Notes: a model not told the origin generated them from the sequence alone. A stretch of DNA of 49,081 bases from Candidatus Heimdallarchaeota archaeon (GCA_019057815.1 JAHLWR010000025.1:1-49081), one strand, 5' to 3'; positions 1 through 9,719 are shown, numbered from the stretch's first letter. A program made the numbers and translations.

Positions 1-66
1 TTCAGCTTGTTCTTCAGCTTGTTCTTCAGCTTGTTCTTCAGCTTGTTCTTCAGCTTGTTCTTCAGC
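1..66. repeat. 12-bp tandem repeat (ttcagcttgttc) x5.5 encoding (AEEQ)n in the L31e tail
   Basis: Directly visible at the window start. Confidence 0.95.
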
Positions 67-444
67 TGAGGAAGAAATATCTTCTTCCTCTTCTTCCTCT
101 TCTTCCTCTTCGAGCTCACCAGGAAGTTTAATTCCTCTTAATTCGGGACGACTCTCGATTTCAACCTTTTCAGTAATGAGATGTACGGTTGCTATTTTTT
201 CTTCGTCGATTTCTTCAACGATTGCCCTAATTTTTATTTTACGCGGTGGTTTTCGAATCCCCCTTTTCCACATAAATTCATTTAATTCATTGGTAATTAT
301 TATTTGATCTACTTTGGTGTGTTTTACAACAAACTCTTTGAGAAGTCTAATCGCTCTAGGTGTGCGTTTGTAAGGTGCTACTTTATTTAATTTTGGGAAT
401 AAAGGAACAGTTAGTATTGTTTCAATAGCTTCTGTTTGAGACAT
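1..444 (-). CDS. rpl31e: 50S ribosomal protein L31e with long acidic, repetitive C-terminal extension; runs off the window
   Basis: Manual translation from ATG at 444: MSQTEAIETILTVPL...YKRTPRAIRLLKEFVVKH...ELNEFMWKRGIRKPPRKIKIRA, then poly-E and (AEEQ)n. Follows rpl39e as in the conserved archaeal operon. Not in the ORF track. Confidence 0.95.
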   Translation of the reverse strand, partial: MSQTEAIETILTVPLFPKLNKVAPYKRTPRAIRLLKEFVVKHTKVDQIIITNELNEFMWKRGIRKPPRKIKIRAIVEEIDEEKIATVHLITEKVEIESRPELRGIKLPGELEEEEEEEEEEDISSSAEEQAEEQAEEQAEEQAEEQAE

Positions 445-458
445 AATCTTTCATCCTT

Positions 459-614
459 TCATCGTTTTATTCTACTAGAACGCCATTTACGTCTTTGAGG
501 ATTAGTTCGTACTTTGCGTCCTGTTTTAATCGTGATCCAACTAGGAACAGGAGAACTTCGTTTCATTTCTTTTGCATACCTTAATTTTCTAGGTAAATGT
601 CTGTTTCTTGCCAT
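459..614 (-). CDS. rpl39e: 50S ribosomal protein L39e (51 aa)
   Basis: Manual translation MARNRHLPRKLRYAKEMKRSSPVPSWITIKTGRKVRTNPQRRKWRSSRIKR; typical length and position. Confidence 0.95.
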   Translation of the reverse strand: MARNRHLPRKLRYAKEMKRSSPVPSWITIKTGRKVRTNPQRRKWRSSRIKR

Positions 615-959
615 TTATAATCGCCTAATGTTGATTTTTGTTTCACGTTTTTGTCCTTGAAGTTTTCTCAGAATTTCTTTAAGTTGAAGATCTGATATTT
701 TTTCTGATATTGTGCTTTGTTGAGACAGTTGTATTAGCCGTAATTCAACAGCTTCTGCTAGTTGCGGTCGTGCCAATTTGACATTTGTCAATCTTTGTCT
801 GGCTTCTTCTGTCAGTATTTGTCGTAGGATTGCTTGTTTTTGTGCATCAAGCACAGCTTGATTCTCTTCTTGTACATTTGATGCTTGTTGTTTTTGTAAT
901 TGAGCTAATTTTTTTTGTCTTATAGCTTCTATTTCTTCATCATTATACATTTCTAGCAA
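615..959 (-). CDS. PDCD5/TFAR19-family DNA-binding protein
   Basis: IEAIRQKKLAQLQ...ILRQILTEEARQRLTNVKLARPQLAEAVE; lies between rps19e and rpl39e. Confidence 0.93.
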   Translation of the reverse strand: MLEMYNDEEIEAIRQKKLAQLQKQQASNVQEENQAVLDAQKQAILRQILTEEARQRLTNVKLARPQLAEAVELRLIQLSQQSTISEKISDLQLKEILRKLQGQKRETKINIRRL

Positions 960-1004
960 TCCTCTCTAGTTGAAGGTTAATCTTTAGATCGGTTGATTGG
1001 TTTT

Positions 1005-1478
1005 TTAATATCTTTCCAATTCTGGTATTGTTCTCTTTATTTCTGTGGATAGCTTATCTATGAAAGAATGGCCTTTCGGCGTAACTACTCGCCCTACAAC
1101 AATTCGTCCTTTACTACTATGGCTTTCTCGTTTTTGGATATAATCTGCTTTTTCTAATTGTTGAAGGACTTTTCTAATAATCGCTCCACTACCACGCGCA
1201 AAATGGTTTGGTTTTACACCTCTGCGTTGACGACCACCATAAGCTATTCTAAGGTGTGAAACTCCAATAGGTCCTCTTAGGTAAATTTTACGCAGAACTG
1301 AAGCAGATCTTGTATACCACCAATCTTGTTCATCCGGCGCGTTTTCTTTATGAACACCTGTTTTTGTGTAAGTTGCCCATTCAGGAGGTTTAATTTCGGT
1401 TTCTTTTTTTAATTCTTCAGCAATTCTTTCAATCAATAGATTCGCTGGTACATCATAAGCTGTTGGCATATTATTCAC
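1005..1478 (-). CDS. rps19e: 30S ribosomal protein S19e (probable start ATG 1469)
   Basis: PPEWATYTKTGVHKE, DWWYTRSASVLRKIY, GSGAIIRKVLQQLE. Confidence 0.97.
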   Translation of the reverse strand: MNNMPTAYDVPANLLIERIAEELKKETEIKPPEWATYTKTGVHKENAPDEQDWWYTRSASVLRKIYLRGPIGVSHLRIAYGGRQRRGVKPNHFARGSGAIIRKVLQQLEKADYIQKRESHSSKGRIVVGRVVTPKGHSFIDKLSTEIKRTIPELERY

Positions 1479-1652
1479 TCATTTTCATTTACCGGAAGAG
1501 AAAGCTCTTTTTCGCCTTTTCCGTGTTTGAGGAACAATATTACGTTTAAAAATATTGCTTTGATAGAGATGTGCTTATACATAAAGTAAAAAAACGTTAA
1601 CTCTTGTCAACAACATCACATCATATATCCTCAAACTAAAAAAAGATAGTCT

Positions 1653-1922
1653 GTGTGCTCATTCGAAAGGCAAATAAACAGCTCTAAGAACTACAAATCG
1701 TACTTTACTGGTGAAATGGCGTTGGGATCTAATAAACACATCACAGAAAAAAGAAAGGTCAAGTTTAATTATTCTTTGGACGATATTTTCATTTTGACTG
1801 GTATTCTCTTAAATGGAATGAGCGTAACTGTAAGCTTCATATATGGGCATTTAATAGCCGGTCTGATTCTACTGGTTTGTGAAATTGTGCTAATTGGTAT
1901 TTATACGCTGAAAATGCTATAA
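1653..1922 (+). CDS. small hypothetical membrane protein (2 TM)
   Basis: Two hydrophobic C-terminal segments; start uncertain. Confidence 0.45.
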   Translation: MCSFERQINSSKNYKSYFTGEMALGSNKHITEKRKVKFNYSLDDIFILTGILLNGMSVTVSFIYGHLIAGLILLVCEIVLIGIYTLKML

Positions 1923-1935
1923 ATGAAACACTTGT

Positions 1936-2628
1936 TCATTTGCCAAAACTGTTGATAATATACTGTCCAATTATTTCAAAAGCTTTTTCAATATTGAGAC
2001 CTGTTTTAGCTGATGTTTCTAAGAAAAAGTTCTCAACATTATGAGTTTTTGTCTCTTTGTTTAAGTTTTCAACAAATTCTTTTGCTTCTTCAATCGAAAT
2101 ATTTTGATTGTCAACCAAATCCGTCTTGTTAGCTAGAATAATAGCAGGAACAACGCCTCTTCCACTATCTCTATATAATTCATCTAACCACGATGAAAGA
2201 TTTTTAAAAGTATCTTCACGTGTAATATCAAACACAAGTAATGCACCAAAACAACCTTTGAAGAAGCGAGGTCTGACATTTTTGAACATTGGTTGACCTG
2301 CAAGATCCCAAATTTGGTATTTTATGGTGTGATTTTCAACTACCTTCGTGGTTACGGCAAAATCTGCTCCTAGCGTTGCTAGATGCTCTTTTGGGAATCC
2401 TTCCCCTAAATACCTTTTACGTATTGAAGTTTTACCTACTTTAGCGTCTCCAATGAGAACAAGTTTTATCATATATGTACTTGTAGCTACCTCGTTTGGT
2501 GTTTCTATTTTAAGACTTTCTTCCTCTTTTAGACCCTCGATTTTTTTAATGTTCTCGTCAAAAATAACGGGACCTTTAACTGGTCTAGTTTTTGATTCTT
2601 TTTTTGAAATTGATTTTTTGTTAGCCAT
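1936..2628 (-). CDS. Rab-like small GTPase (eukaryotic signature protein)
   Basis: G1 GDAKVGKT, TLGADF, KYQIWDLAGQ, LVFDIT, NKTD, ETSAK; ~50-aa N-terminal extension; no C-terminal Cys prenylation motif. Confidence 0.93.
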   Translation of the reverse strand: MANKKSISKKESKTRPVKGPVIFDENIKKIEGLKEEESLKIETPNEVATSTYMIKLVLIGDAKVGKTSIRKRYLGEGFPKEHLATLGADFAVTTKVVENHTIKYQIWDLAGQPMFKNVRPRFFKGCFGALLVFDITREDTFKNLSSWLDELYRDSGRGVVPAIILANKTDLVDNQNISIEEAKEFVENLNKETKTHNVENFFLETSAKTGLNIEKAFEIIGQYIINSFGK

Positions 2629-2707
2629 TATCTATAAAACAGTTTTACTTTCCATATTTAAAACTACGTGTTTTTGGCAAAAAATAGTTGATTATCTAAA
2701 TCTGTTT

Positions 2708-3436
2708 TTATATTTCTAAAGAAGGTGTCTTATGAATGATTAAATATTGTTTGGCACTTTTTCCGAGTTTTTCAGCTTCTTGAATAGATAGATGATAAGA
2801 CGATGTTTTGTCTTTGTGAGTACCTTCAATTAATGCAAAATCTGCATTGGAAATATAATCTTTTAGTTTTTCAAAATAACCAGTATCTCCTGTATAGACA
2901 ATCTTTTCCCCATTCTTTCCTGCAGAAAGAATAAAACCAACAGCTGGGATTGAAGAGAGCTCACTCCCGTCAACAAGAGAACCTCGATGTTGAACTGGGA
3001 AAGCTTCAACTTTCAAACCTTCAATAACAAGCTCTCGACTTATCTCAAATAATTCAATTTCATATGAAATAGAATCTCTATAGCTTTTCTTGAATAACTG
3101 TATGATTCCCTTTATTTCAACAACATCTTTAGGGCAAACTATGGTTAATTTACTTCTTCTACCTATCATCCTAAAGAAACCCAGAAGTGAAAAAAGACCT
3201 CCCATATGGTCAAAATGTCCATGAGTTATCAATATTGTATGAATGTTGTTGAAGAAATCTGATTGTAAGTGTAAAAGATCACGAATTATCCCATCACCAA
3301 CATCCATAAGGACACATCTGTTAGTATCTTTGTTTCTAACAAGAATTTGTGTAGCTACACCAGCGAGAGAATGAAGGACTTTTACGGAAAAATTTCTTCC
3401 ATGCCAATCCCAAGTAATACTCTTTGAAGAGACCAT
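2708..3436 (-). CDS. MBL-fold metallo-hydrolase, RNase Z-like
   Basis: LMDVGDG, THGHFDHMGG, YTGDT, IEGT, HLS motifs. Confidence 0.85.
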   Translation of the reverse strand: MVSSKSITWDWHGRNFSVKVLHSLAGVATQILVRNKDTNRCVLMDVGDGIIRDLLHLQSDFFNNIHTILITHGHFDHMGGLFSLLGFFRMIGRRSKLTIVCPKDVVEIKGIIQLFKKSYRDSISYEIELFEISRELVIEGLKVEAFPVQHRGSLVDGSELSSIPAVGFILSAGKNGEKIVYTGDTGYFEKLKDYISNADFALIEGTHKDKTSSYHLSIQEAEKLGKSAKQYLIIHKTPSLEI

Positions 3437-3541
3437 TATGTGACCACAATAGACGAAACTATTAATTCTTTTTGATAAAATAATAACTTAAGACCTATTT
3501 CCAATTCCGATAGATTTTTACTTTGAAAAGAACAATAATGG

Positions 3542-4564
3542 ATGATGAGCTCTTTTCGGTATACACTCGCACAGAATCTATTAAAATGCTCACAAAAATT
3601 TGAAGCACGTAATAAGCAGCATTTAAGTGCAATTATATTACTAATAAGTTACAAAATATATGATGAGGAGAAGGAGCTCTTATTAAAAATAGCAACTCTG
3701 GAAATATATGCTAAAAAGTATAGAAGAACTATAAGAATTATTAACAAATACTTGGATAATAATCCAGAGTCAATAAAAGCATTGAAACTTCAGAGTATCG
3801 CATATAAAAACATGAATGAGCATAAAAACGCGATTAAGATACTTCGAAAAAGCCTGAAAATTAATAAGCATGATGTATGGATTCTATATTCCTTAGGCTC
3901 AAACTATGAAAACACAAATAAAATAAGGATGGCAAAAACATATTTTAGAAAAACAATAGAGGCTGATAAAGCTTATTCAAAAGCATATTTTAGACTTGCT
4001 AATATTTATATGAACGAAGAGAAATTTGATTTAGCAGTAAACCTGTTTCTAGATGGCTTATCCTTAAAAGGCGAATCAGTAATAGAATGGGTTAATCTAG
4101 CCTTGTGTTATATGAAAATGAAGAATAACAAGGCCGCAGAGAAGGTTCTATTAGAAGTAAAAAGGAAGAAAGCGAGTTCACCAGAGATTTTATTCGCTTT
4201 GAGTACTTGTTATATAAATCAATCAAAATACGACAAAGCAAAGAAAATGATAGAACAATTGAACCAAGAAAAAGAATATAAGCTAATTCTGTCATTGAAA
4301 GTAAAATTGGCTCTAGAACAAGGTTTCTACGAAGAAATAGCAAACCTATTAAGGGAAATAAAAAGGAAGGAAAAAAATGCTGAATACTGGTACCTATTGG
4401 CAATATCACAAGCAAACACTAGAAGAGAGAACAAAGCTATAAAGGCACTAAGAAAAGCAATAACAATGGATAAGTCAATGCAAAACGAAGCAAAAAAGGA
4501 TACGCATTTTATGATGATTAGAGAGTTGGTAGAGTTTAAACATATCGTGTATTCAAGACAATAA
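3542..4564 (+). CDS. TPR-repeat protein
   Basis: Repeated TPR-like helix pairs (ILYSLGSNY...A...F, AYFRLANIY...A, WYLLA). Confidence 0.85.
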   Translation: MMSSFRYTLAQNLLKCSQKFEARNKQHLSAIILLISYKIYDEEKELLLKIATLEIYAKKYRRTIRIINKYLDNNPESIKALKLQSIAYKNMNEHKNAIKILRKSLKINKHDVWILYSLGSNYENTNKIRMAKTYFRKTIEADKAYSKAYFRLANIYMNEEKFDLAVNLFLDGLSLKGESVIEWVNLALCYMKMKNNKAAEKVLLEVKRKKASSPEILFALSTCYINQSKYDKAKKMIEQLNQEKEYKLILSLKVKLALEQGFYEEIANLLREIKRKEKNAEYWYLLAISQANTRRENKAIKALRKAITMDKSMQNEAKKDTHFMMIRELVEFKHIVYSRQ

Positions 4565-4660
4565 AAAACAATTGAAGCTAAAAAAAGTTAACATCTGAAG
4601 GATAGAAATATTTTTTATTAACAGAGAAAAAAGGGAAGTGAAGAAAAAAACCTTAGATAA

Positions 4661-4735
4661 GCGGGGTTAGCAGAGCGGTTTATGCAGTGGCCTGCAAAGC
4701 CATGGACGGGAGTTCGAATCTCCCACCCCGCTCCA
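4661..4735 (+). tRNA. tRNA-Cys(GCA), CCA encoded
   Basis: Acceptor GCGGGGT/ACCCCGC, anticodon arm GTGGC-CTGCAAA-GCCAT, T-loop TTCGAAT, U discriminator. Confidence 0.95.
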
Positions 4736-4911
4736 ACTCTAATTTTCTAAGCAACAGTATCCTATCTAGTTTATCTTTTAATTTCCTTTCTTCTGTTCGA
4801 TATTTAATGATTTGAAAAAGAAAAAAGGAGAGAAAAAAACATCACTGAATAATATGAGTTATTCCAAGTTTATTAATATCATGGAAAACATTATATTTTG
4901 TCGGTACCGAC

Positions 4912-5030
4912 AAAAAGGTGGGATGATATTAATGTCATAGATTATGTGAAAATATCGTTAAACCAGTGTTTGAGACATTGAAAAATCACTTAGTAGGTTT
5001 CCAAGAAGTTTACTTATTCCGCTCCTTTTT
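4912..5030 (+). ncRNA. candidate structured non-coding RNA (closing stem plus three hairpins)
   Basis: aaaaagg/ccttttt closing stem; gatgatatt/aatatcgtt, cagtgt/acattg and agtaggtttc/gaagtttact hairpins with many G-U pairs; TATA-like tttattaa at ~4869. Confidence 0.45.
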
Positions 5031-5076
5031 CGAAACATATATCAACCCTCTTTTCCCGCTATTTTAGGTATTATCG

Positions 5077-5964
5077 ATGGTTTTCACTATCTTCATTGGT
5101 GGTTTGTTAGAATTTAATTCTGGTAAAACTACCGTAGCTAAAGAAATGATTACGTTTTTTGAAAATGAAAAATCTATAGTAACAACTCCTTTTAAACCCT
5201 TAAGTGGGAACAATCTCTTTTTTCATTCCCCTCAAATTGAAGAACTCGTGCAAGAGCATTCACACTTTGTGTCACTTGACATACTTGATTTACTTTCTTG
5301 TTCCTCTAATGATGTTTCTCCTATACTAGTAAACCCTGTTCATCGCGTTAATACCCAAGCTTTTCCTTTTTATTTCTCAGAAGAAGGTACATTGAATACC
5401 TTTTTTTCTCGGTTCTCTGGTAGTGTTCCTTTGTTTCAACGTTTTACAACTTATAGTGGAAGAGAAGAACTGAAGAACACTTACATTTTGGATGAATCAA
5501 TATATTCTAATCAAAAGTTTTGGACAAACAGAACCCTTGTTGATTCCGTAATTGAAAGTAATTGTCAACTTAAAAAATATCGAAGTGAACATGAATATTA
5601 TGCTTTGAATAGTCAATATTACGCCAAAGCTGTACAATCTTGTTATGATTATCTTAAAACTAATTCAAACATTATAATTATAGAAAGTTTTAATGATTCT
5701 GCTCATCCTGCATGGTGTATTAGAGATTCTGATATTGTAGTTCTAGTAGGTCCAGGTACAATGTTTGTTTACGAACCCCAATCTTATTTTAGGGCAATTG
5801 ATAACTACAGATCTATCAATCGCAATAAACCAACTACTACCGATGAAATAGTCAAACTCTCCAAACCCACTAAATCCATCTTTCTCTCTGGCAATCCCTT
5901 GAAACAAAAGGAAGAAATAAAGCAATTATGTCAGGATATTTACCCTAAAATTGAAACTAACTAA
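5077..5964 (+). CDS. predicted archaeal P-loop ATPase/GTPase (COG4028-like)
   Basis: GLLEFNSGKTT, FKPLSGNN, VNPVH, IIIESFND motifs. Confidence 0.75.
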   Translation: MVFTIFIGGLLEFNSGKTTVAKEMITFFENEKSIVTTPFKPLSGNNLFFHSPQIEELVQEHSHFVSLDILDLLSCSSNDVSPILVNPVHRVNTQAFPFYFSEEGTLNTFFSRFSGSVPLFQRFTTYSGREELKNTYILDESIYSNQKFWTNRTLVDSVIESNCQLKKYRSEHEYYALNSQYYAKAVQSCYDYLKTNSNIIIIESFNDSAHPAWCIRDSDIVVLVGPGTMFVYEPQSYFRAIDNYRSINRNKPTTTDEIVKLSKPTKSIFLSGNPLKQKEEIKQLCQDIYPKIETN

Positions 5965-6028
5965 TCTACTCCTAATTTATTGTTGGGTTTTTATGTTTAT
6001 GTGCAGTATAATGTCTGAGTGATTTAAA

Positions 6029-6433
6029 ATGGCATTATTTAACTCAAGCATAAACTTAGAATCTATGAACTCTGAACTTATGGAATGTATAAACGAATTG
6101 AGATTCAGGTCTCCTGGCATTATTGATGTTTCCATTGTTTCAGCAGAGGGATTACCAATAGCATCCGTAGTACTTGAACAAATCGAAGAAACTAGATTTG
6201 CTGCGATGACCGCAGCTATGTTGTCTCTGGGGGAGCGTGTTGCATTGGAACTAAAAAAGGGTGGATTAAAGAAAATTTTTGTTGAAGGTGAACATGGACA
6301 TATTATTACAATGCAGGCTGGTGAAAATGCTGTTCTGACTGTAAGCTCAACTCCTGATGCAAAATTAGGATTGTTGTTTTTAGATATGTCTAGAGCTGCT
6401 GAAAAAGTTGCAAGATTGCTTTCCTTTAGTTAG
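6029..6433 (+). CDS. Roadblock/LC7 domain protein
   Basis: VSAEGLPIAS, FAAMTAAMLSLGERVALEL, VEGEHG, AKLGLLFLDM. Confidence 0.93.
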   Translation: MALFNSSINLESMNSELMECINELRFRSPGIIDVSIVSAEGLPIASVVLEQIEETRFAAMTAAMLSLGERVALELKKGGLKKIFVEGEHGHIITMQAGENAVLTVSSTPDAKLGLLFLDMSRAAEKVARLLSFS

Positions 6434-6713
6434 GAAAAACAGTAATCGTTGCCTTTTTAGTTCGGTATCTAAAGCTTTTGTGCTTTCGTCAATCACTTCT
6501 TGACTGAAGTAGAGTTTCAGAAATTCTTCCCCGAAACTAGTTTTACTTAAACCTTGAAGTTTTATTACAAAAACTTTTTCATAGAAATAATTGGATATTT
6601 CTGCCCACTCGTTGAGTTTTCATCAATATAAAAGTAGAAAACTTTCCCACACACTAATTTTGTACTGATACGAAAAAGAGAAAAATGCTAAGCTTTAAGG
6701 TTATATTGATTTT

Positions 6714-9008
6714 ATGTTAAAAAGTGGTAAAAGAGTTTCTTTTGATCAGATAAAGAATGGAATAATTTCTACAGAAAAGCTAATATTTTCTCAGTCTAGT
6801 GATCAAAAAAAAGGTAAAGGACGCTTTTATACACCTGATTTTGTGGTAGATTATATTATTGATAAAACCATACTTTATTCACTAAATAGCAAGTTAAGCA
6901 AAATATTAGGTCTAAAAGAACTAACAAACTTTAAGGAAGCTTTAAAGCAGAGAAATGTTCATATCGCTTCATTGCTATATCATCAGATACTGCCTCAGTT
7001 CACAATTTGCGACATTGCGATGGGTTGGGGTATTTTTCTTTTACGCTCATTTGACTTTTTGTTTGATATTTATTTAACATGTAGTAATATACTAAAAAGT
7101 GAAAATCACGGGAATTTTTCATCATTGGATGACGAAACTATAAAAGAAAAAATAATTTTTTGTATTATTAGAAACAATCTTTATGGTTTAGATATTTCTT
7201 CCGAATCAATTTATTTAGCTAAACTAAAACTGTATGAACGCGCTTTCAAGAACATTAATAGTGAAACTCTAACGTTGATAACACCCAACTTTATTGTAGG
7301 TAATAGTCTTTTAGGGTACGATTTTATTCAAGAAAATCACATTGGAGTTAAAAACATAGATAAAGAATGGGAAAAAAAAGTCTTCTCCATTGTATCACAA
7401 AAAGATATAATTTTTGTAAAAAAATGGCTAATAAAACAACCTTTTATTCATTGGTTTAAACAATTTTCGAGGGTTCACACTTGTGGTGGTTTTGATGTAA
7501 TTGTTGGTAATCCACCATATATAAATGTAAAAAAACTGAATCTGGGTGAACGAAGAGTCTACAAAAGTATCTATTCAACTTATAATCCAAATGGAGACAT
7601 TTCAAATATCTTCTGGGAAAGAGCGTTGAATCTGTGTAGGAAGGGAGGTTTGATTTCATTTATTACTCCGAGATATTGGCTTGAAGGAACTGATAGCGAT
7701 TCCCTAAGACAGTTTTTGTTATCCAATTCTACTATTAGAGAAATTATAGATTTTCGGAGTAATAGAACGGTTTTTTATCAAAGAGAAAGACGTTTAGGAG
7801 TAGATACAGCTATTGTTTCAATTGAGAAAAAACTCCCGGTTCAAACATTAGTTGATGTCTACTTCCTCAATAAAATAGGGACTATATCCCATATCAATAA
7901 GGCTAATTTTTCTAATATAGAGATAAAGCAAGCTGAACTCACGGATAAAAGATGGATTTTTGAAAAGACCCCCATAATTGATTATATGGAAGATCATTCT
8001 TACTACTATCTCGGTGATGATAAGAAATCACAATCATTTACAGGCATTTGTAGTATCGGTAAAGGGTGCTCAACAGGTAACAACAGCATATTTTGTCTAA
8101 AAAAATTATCCAAATCAATCTATGAAGGGTATAATGGTATCCAAATCAACTTACCTGATTCTGAAGTCGATGGTTTACGGTTGTTGATAAAGAATAGAGA
8201 TATACAACAATTTTTCTGGAACAAAAGTGATCAGTATTGGATTTTTTTAAAGGGAAAAAATATAGAAGATTATCCAATATTATTTAATTATTTGAAAAAA
8301 CACAAATCCCGTTTAGAGCGTTCAAAAGCAAAATATAAATTAAAAGATTTTTATGATTACGCTGCCTACCGCTCTCTTTCTTTAATAAATCGTGTGCCTA
8401 AAATAATCTGCCCCTACCAAAATGAAAGAAACAAATTTGCTTTAGTTGATGAAAACTCTCCTTCAACAATAAATGAAACAGATGTTATTACACTAGCGAT
8501 TAAGGATGAATTCATCGAAAAAATAAACTGGTATTATCTCCTTGCTGTTCTTAATTCTACTATGATTCAATATTACACCCAAATAGTGAACAAGAAAATC
8601 TACACTCTATATGATTTCCGTACAAATCAAATTGCCCGAATTCCGATTCCAAACCTACTAAATCAAGAAAATTTCCGGAAAATAGTAAAAACAGTGATTA
8701 ACTTAAGGTTAATCCCAAATGGAGGTTTAAGTCGAGATATTCAAAACCTACAAAAGTCTCTTATCATCACGCTAGACAATCTAGTTTTTGAGACATATTT
8801 TAGAGATAAAATATCATCAAATTTTAATGAAGTGATTGAAGAGGAAATCCTGTTTTTACTAGAAGAAGATGTTGTTGACAGAAATATAAAAAGAAGTTAC
8901 AAAAAGTATCTAGATTTAGTCAACAAAAAGCCAGTAAGCACGCAAATTCATAAAATTCTCTCTTTTCCTGAAGTAATTGAAGTAAAAAAGTATCTGGATT
9001 ATTGTTAG
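6714..9008 (+). CDS. N6-adenine DNA methyltransferase, gamma class (Eco57I/TaqI-like) with C-terminal target recognition domain
   Basis: GRFYTP, motif I DIAMGWGIF, LYGLDI, GNSL, motif IV VGNPPY, YLLAVLNS...IPIP. Confidence 0.85.
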   Translation: MLKSGKRVSFDQIKNGIISTEKLIFSQSSDQKKGKGRFYTPDFVVDYIIDKTILYSLNSKLSKILGLKELTNFKEALKQRNVHIASLLYHQILPQFTICDIAMGWGIFLLRSFDFLFDIYLTCSNILKSENHGNFSSLDDETIKEKIIFCIIRNNLYGLDISSESIYLAKLKLYERAFKNINSETLTLITPNFIVGNSLLGYDFIQENHIGVKNIDKEWEKKVFSIVSQKDIIFVKKWLIKQPFIHWFKQFSRVHTCGGFDVIVGNPPYINVKKLNLGERRVYKSIYSTYNPNGDISNIFWERALNLCRKGGLISFITPRYWLEGTDSDSLRQFLLSNSTIREIIDFRSNRTVFYQRERRLGVDTAIVSIEKKLPVQTLVDVYFLNKIGTISHINKANFSNIEIKQAELTDKRWIFEKTPIIDYMEDHSYYYLGDDKKSQSFTGICSIGKGCSTGNNSIFCLKKLSKSIYEGYNGIQINLPDSEVDGLRLLIKNRDIQQFFWNKSDQYWIFLKGKNIEDYPILFNYLKKHKSRLERSKAKYKLKDFYDYAAYRSLSLINRVPKIICPYQNERNKFALVDENSPSTINETDVITLAIKDEFIEKINWYYLLAVLNSTMIQYYTQIVNKKIYTLYDFRTNQIARIPIPNLLNQENFRKIVKTVINLRLIPNGGLSRDIQNLQKSLIITLDNLVFETYFRDKISSNFNEVIEEEILFLLEEDVVDRNIKRSYKKYLDLVNKKPVSTQIHKILSFPEVIEVKKYLDYC

Positions 9009-9253
9009 TTCTTTATTTGTAAAATAATTGTTTTTCCTCTGAGTTCTATGATATTGCTATTAGTTAATTTTACTATATTTTGAGCAATTGCTTCAACTGA
9101 TTCTTTGGGTATTACATGTAGACATTTTATTTTAATAGTTTTGTCTATTTTTAGTAAAGATTTGATTTCCTTTATGATGTTCTCTGTTATCCCTTTTTTG
9201 CCAATTCTAATTTTTGGGGATCCATGTCGTACTTTATTGATTAATTCTTTCAC
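9005..9253 (-). CDS. yhbY: YhbY/CRM RNA-binding protein
   Basis: PKIRIGKKGITENIIKEI, IKIK, ELRGKTIIL; directly after rnp4. Confidence 0.9.
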   Translation of the reverse strand: MKELINKVRHGSPKIRIGKKGITENIIKEIKSLLKIDKTIKIKCLHVIPKESVEAIAQNIVKLTNSNIIELRGKTIILQIKN

Positions 9254-9605
9254 TGTTACCCTCCTTATTGTGGTATGGAATTCTTGAATATTGGTTACAA
9301 TGGAAACATTTGATAACTAATCTTTTGTTAGATGAGGAAAGCCTAACTCTACAGTTTATCCCTGGGTAGAGAAAAGATTTACAATGTTTACAAAAACGCT
9401 TTTTCCATTGGGGGGGGAACCTTGCCCTTGTTTTCATCTGAATTTTTTTTGCTTGATTAGCATAGTTTTGAGCGAGATTAATATCTGATTTAATGATTTT
9501 ATCTGCTTTTTCTAATAGTTGAATAACTTGATGTTCAACGTCCCTTTCCGATAACGTTAAAGTTCTATTTCTATGAAAACGTTTTCTTTTTGTATTTTTT
9601 GGCAT
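9234..9605 (-). CDS. rnp4: ribonuclease P protein component 4 (Rpp21)
   Basis: KRFCKHCKSFLYPGINCRVRL...IKCFHCNQYSRIPY zinc ribbon. Confidence 0.92.
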   Translation of the reverse strand: MPKNTKRKRFHRNRTLTLSERDVEHQVIQLLEKADKIIKSDINLAQNYANQAKKIQMKTRARFPPQWKKRFCKHCKSFLYPGINCRVRLSSSNKRLVIKCFHCNQYSRIPYHNKEGNSERINQ

Positions 9606-9719
9606 TCTTTTCTTCCTTGATACGGATAAAATGTTGACCTTATCAACATTCCTTCCTTGCAGAACCTTACTCTTGTAATCTTTTAAATAACAATTGGTTC
9701 CTTTTGGTATTTTTTATGT

